NCBI GenBank assembly: GCA_963783305.1
Contig: CAWAMW010000016.1
Span: forward strand, 320,001-384,000
Direction: 5' to 3'
From: an uncultured Gemmatimonadales bacterium
GTDB lineage: Bacteria > Gemmatimonadota > Gemmatimonadetes > Longimicrobiales > RSA9
DNA length: 64,000 bases
The translations under genes were made by a program, and so were the position numbers. Positions within the stretch are counted from its first letter, which is position 1. Each line of letters starts with the position of its first letter. Shown in pieces: positions 61,146 to 64,000 of the stretch. Under the pieces are notes generated by a model. It searched no databases. It saw only the letters and a list, made by a program, of their open reading frames with translations, and had not been told where the DNA came from.

Positions 61146-61174
61146 TTGACTTCGGTTTTTGTTCGGTGCATCCT
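61146..61174 (+). promoter_or_regulatory. Sigma70 promoter with overlapping LexA-like direct repeat
   Basis: TTGACT-N17-CATCCT containing CTTC-GGTTTTT-GTTC (61150-61164); TTCGGT repeated at an 11-bp period. Confidence 0.6.
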
Positions 61175-61220
61175 ACGGGCCCTCGACATGGGAACCTCGT
61201 GGTCTGGAGGAAGGAGTGGA

Positions 61221-61964
61221 GTGGGGGCGTTACCGGCGGAAGTACTGGAGCTGCGGAAGCAGCTGGAGCGGCGGTTTCCGGATGCTCAGCCGGTCCGTCA
61301 GGGGACGACGGGGGCGGTGGGCACGGGTGTGTCGGCGCTGGACGCGGTGTTGCCGGCGGGGGGTTTGCCGCGGGGTCGTGTGACGCTGTGGCGGCCTGGG
61401 GGTGGAGCCACGGCGGTGCTGCGCTCGGCGTGCGCGGCGGTGGTGGAGGGTGGGGAGCGGGCGGCGTGGGTGGATGGTGCGGGGGCGGTGGCGGGGTCGT
61501 ACTGGGAATCGCTGGTGGCGCTGCGGGGTCCTGGAGGGGCGGTAATGGACGGGCCGCTGCTGTTTCGGCCGGGTGTGGAGCTGGCGCCGGTGGTGGCGGA
61601 GGAGCTTTTACGGTCGGGCGGGTTCGCCCTCGTCGTCCTGACGGGAGGAGGTGCGGGGTTGGGGGACGGCGGGGGTGTCCGCCTGGGTCGTGGGGCGCGG
61701 GAAGGGGGTGCGGCGTTCGTGGCGGTGGCGGAATCGGCGGCGGTGTCGCACCTGCGGGCGCGGTCGTCATTCGACCCCACGGGCTTCACCTGGCGACGGG
61801 GCCCGTTCGACGAGCCGGTGGCGTTGGAGTCGGTGGCGGTGCGAGTGCGTGTGCAATCGATGGGACTGGACCGGAAGGTCCGGTTCCGGCTTTCCGTGGA
61901 GCATCATGATGTACGTCTGTCTCTGGAGCCCCGACTGGTGGACCGCCGGGGCGTCCGGCGGTGA
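61221..61964 (+). CDS. imuA: ImuA-like RecA/SulA-family protein
   Basis: TGVSALDAVLPAGGLPRG, degenerate P-loop, AAWVDG, EELLRSGGFALVVL; directly upstream of imuB. Confidence 0.82.
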   Translation: MGALPAEVLELRKQLERRFPDAQPVRQGTTGAVGTGVSALDAVLPAGGLPRGRVTLWRPGGGATAVLRSACAAVVEGGERAAWVDGAGAVAGSYWESLVALRGPGGAVMDGPLLFRPGVELAPVVAEELLRSGGFALVVLTGGGAGLGDGGGVRLGRGAREGGAAFVAVAESAAVSHLRARSSFDPTGFTWRRGPFDEPVALESVAVRVRVQSMGLDRKVRFRLSVEHHDVRLSLEPRLVDRRGVRR

Positions 61965-63441
61965 GCGGGAGCTTGCGACTGGATCCGGTCCTCGGGAGGG
62001 GAATGCGAACGACCCCGAGCGAGGAGCTCCCGGCGTCGTGGCGTGCCTGACCCCCCTGGCGCCGCGGTTGCGGGTGGAGCGGGAGGTGATCTGGGTGGAT
62101 GGGCGCGGGCTGGATGCGGCCCCCCTGGCGGAGCGGTGCGTGGCGGCGTTGGCGGAGCGGGGTGTGGCGGTGCGGGCGGGTGTGGCGGGGGTGCCGGTGG
62201 CGGCGGATCTCGCGGCCCGCTGGGGCCTGCCGGATACGGATGGTGAGGGCCCCACGCCCTTCCTGGTGAAGGAGCGGACGGGTTGGGGGTGGCGTCGGAA
62301 TCGGGGGGCGCTCCCGGTCCCTGGCGGGAGCGGCGGCGGGAGCGGCGGGGCAGGGGAGGCGGCCGCGGAGGAGAGCAGGGAAGAGAGAGGTGTGGTTGTG
62401 GTGCCCGCAGGGGGCGAGCGATCGTGGCTCGCGAGTCTACCGGTTTCGGCGCTGTCGCCGTCCGACCGACTGCGGAGGCTGCTGGAGGGGGTGGGGGTCC
62501 GGACGGTGGGCGCGCTGGCGGAATTGGAGCGGGAGGCGGTGGAAGTGCGGTTCGGGGCGGCCGCGGTGGATCTCTGGCGAATGGCCCGGGGAGACGACCG
62601 CCGACTCCTCTTCGACCGGATCCCACCGGAGCGGCCCCACGGCTCCATGGAGTTCGTCGACTACGTGCTGACGGACCCATCGCGGCTCCTGTTCACCGCC
62701 AACGCGCTGCTGGGGCCTCTCTGCGATGACATGGTGACCCGGGGCGAGCACGCCCGTGCGCTCCGGCTCACGTTCCCGCTGGCCAATGGGGAGACGTGGG
62801 CCCGCACCATACGGCCGGCCCGCCCCACCGCCAGCCGCGACACCTGGCTTCGCCTGATCCGGGAGATCCTCGACCGACTCACCGTCCCCGATGCGGTGGC
62901 CGGCATGCGCATCGAGGTGGGGGACACCGAGGAGGCCGCCGTACGCCAGGGCGACCTCTTCGACCGTGGCTTTGCCACCGCTGCCGCTGTGGAGAGCGCC
63001 GTAGCACGTCTGGCCGAACGCCACCTCCACCCCCTCGCCCCTGAGACCACCGCCCACCCCAGGGTAGAGCGACGCAGCGGCTGGGTCCGTCGGGAGGCCA
63101 CCCCGATGGTCGACGCGGAGGGGGAGGGGGAGGGGGAGGGGGGGACCACCGAGAGGCGCGGAACCAGCGCCCTCGCCCTCCATCTCCTGCCATCCCCACG
63201 TCGCGTTGCCGTCGAGACCACACGACGTCGGGACCACGATATTCCCGTTCGGATCAGGGACACGCGTGGCTGGCGGGAAGTGGCAGTGGCCGCGGGTCCG
63301 GATCGGATCTCGGGCGGCCAGTGGGAGGCGTCGTCCTATGCTCGGGAATACTACCGCTGTGTCACCGAGGATGGCGTGCCGCTCTGGGTGTACCGGGATG
63401 CCCTCGAGGTCGGCTGGTATCTCCACGGCTGGTGGGATTGA
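61906..63441 (+). CDS. imuB: ImuB-like inactive Y-family polymerase
   Basis: MYVCLWSPDW N-terminus; RAGVA...ADLAAR; LEGVGVRTVGAL...RFG; clamp motif QGDLF; C-terminal GPDRISGGQW...REYY...WVYRD...WYLHGWWD. Confidence 0.87.
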   Translation: MMYVCLWSPDWWTAGASGGERELATGSGPREGNANDPERGAPGVVACLTPLAPRLRVEREVIWVDGRGLDAAPLAERCVAALAERGVAVRAGVAGVPVAADLAARWGLPDTDGEGPTPFLVKERTGWGWRRNRGALPVPGGSGGGSGGAGEAAAEESREERGVVVVPAGGERSWLASLPVSALSPSDRLRRLLEGVGVRTVGALAELEREAVEVRFGAAAVDLWRMARGDDRRLLFDRIPPERPHGSMEFVDYVLTDPSRLLFTANALLGPLCDDMVTRGEHARALRLTFPLANGETWARTIRPARPTASRDTWLRLIREILDRLTVPDAVAGMRIEVGDTEEAAVRQGDLFDRGFATAAAVESAVARLAERHLHPLAPETTAHPRVERRSGWVRREATPMVDAEGEGEGEGGTTERRGTSALALHLLPSPRRVAVETTRRRDHDIPVRIRDTRGWREVAVAAGPDRISGGQWEASSYAREYYRCVTEDGVPLWVYRDALEVGWYLHGWWD

Positions 63442-63612
63442 GCGCCCACGATCCTGAGGAGACCCGGATCCGACACCCTGAAACCGAGGTGCGGGCGCTG
63501 ACCCGGTCGGAGCCGCAGCGGAGTCGGGGTTTCTCGGCATCCCGGGGCACATATCCGGCGCGGCGACCCGGACTATCACACGAAAGGGCGATATCGTGCC
63601 GCGCCCGTTCGA

Positions 63613-64000
63613 TTACGACTCCGAGTCGCCCTCAGCTTTGAAATCCGAGGGAGTCGTGGCGGTTGCCGCCGGGGGTGTGACCACCTCCGGGGCCGTCGTG
63701 GCCGCGGCCTCAGCCGAGTAGGCAGAGCAGTCGCCAGTGGGGGCCGCGGCATCGCAGGCGCGCACCTGGTACTCGTAGGTGGTGCTGGGGGCGAGGCCGG
63801 TGTCCTCATACCCGGTGATGTCGGCGGCCGTGAGCGCCACCTCCGCGAAGGTCCCACCGCTCACGCGCCGCTCGATCCGGTACTCGGACTCGGCACTGCT
63901 CTGGTCGGACCAGCTCAGGTCGATCCGGGTGTCGGAGACCGCGCTGGCCGAGAGACCTGTTGGCGGCGCCAGCGGCGTGGAGGCCGTCGCGGTGCTGGAC
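63613..64000 (-). CDS. Fibronectin type III repeat protein (3' end; 5' part outside window)
   Basis: APPTGLSASAVSDTRIDLSWSDQSSAESEYRIER...YEDTGLAPSTTYEYQVRAC. Confidence 0.88.
   Translation of the reverse strand, partial: SSTATASTPLAPPTGLSASAVSDTRIDLSWSDQSSAESEYRIERRVSGGTFAEVALTAADITGYEDTGLAPSTTYEYQVRACDAAAPTGDCSAYSAEAAATTAPEVVTPPAATATTPSDFKAEGDSES

Noticed and set aside
60571..61770. 399-aa Pro-rich minus-strand ORF taken as a full gene
   Set aside because: The Pro-rich part is the reverse of G-rich imuA; only the last 130 or so codons look protein-like

Overview
High-GC, densely coding bacterial chromosomal segment. The PadR/ADOP permease pair, kinase-TolB-TPR receptor, DUF2911 and many small lineage-type hypotheticals suggest Gemmatimonadota (Longimicrobiales-like) or a similar group; this is an inference. 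Housekeeping genes (carB, priA, queD, trpS, sucA, mutS, ddl, a divergent fusA paralogue, CBS and a Cys/Met PLP lyase) are interspersed with many signalling genes: two ECF/anti-sigma pairs, a FliA/WhiG sigma, three histidine kinases, one intact and one degenerate HD-GYP regulator, and a Ser/Thr kinase. The right end (about 51.8-61.1 kb) looks accessory: a DUF433/DUF5615 toxin-antitoxin pair, a REP-like hairpin cluster, a nitrilase, an MBL hydrolase and a probable gene remnant. It is followed by an imuA-imuB cassette with no adjacent dnaE2. I saw no rRNA, tRNA, CRISPR array, transposase or integrase. Best candidates for undescribed biology: (1) an enhancer/IHF/sigma54 promoter driving an orphan sigma28 coupled to a pseudo-HD-GYP regulator; (2) a membrane kinase-TolB-TPR receptor paired tail-to-tail with a small DP-motif beta-sandwich protein; (3) a LexA-like direct-repeat box on a split imuAB cassette; (4) a UDG-superfamily protein with a non-standard motif A; (5) a candidate nucleoid-associated protein. 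All calls come from reading the sequence; no searches were run.
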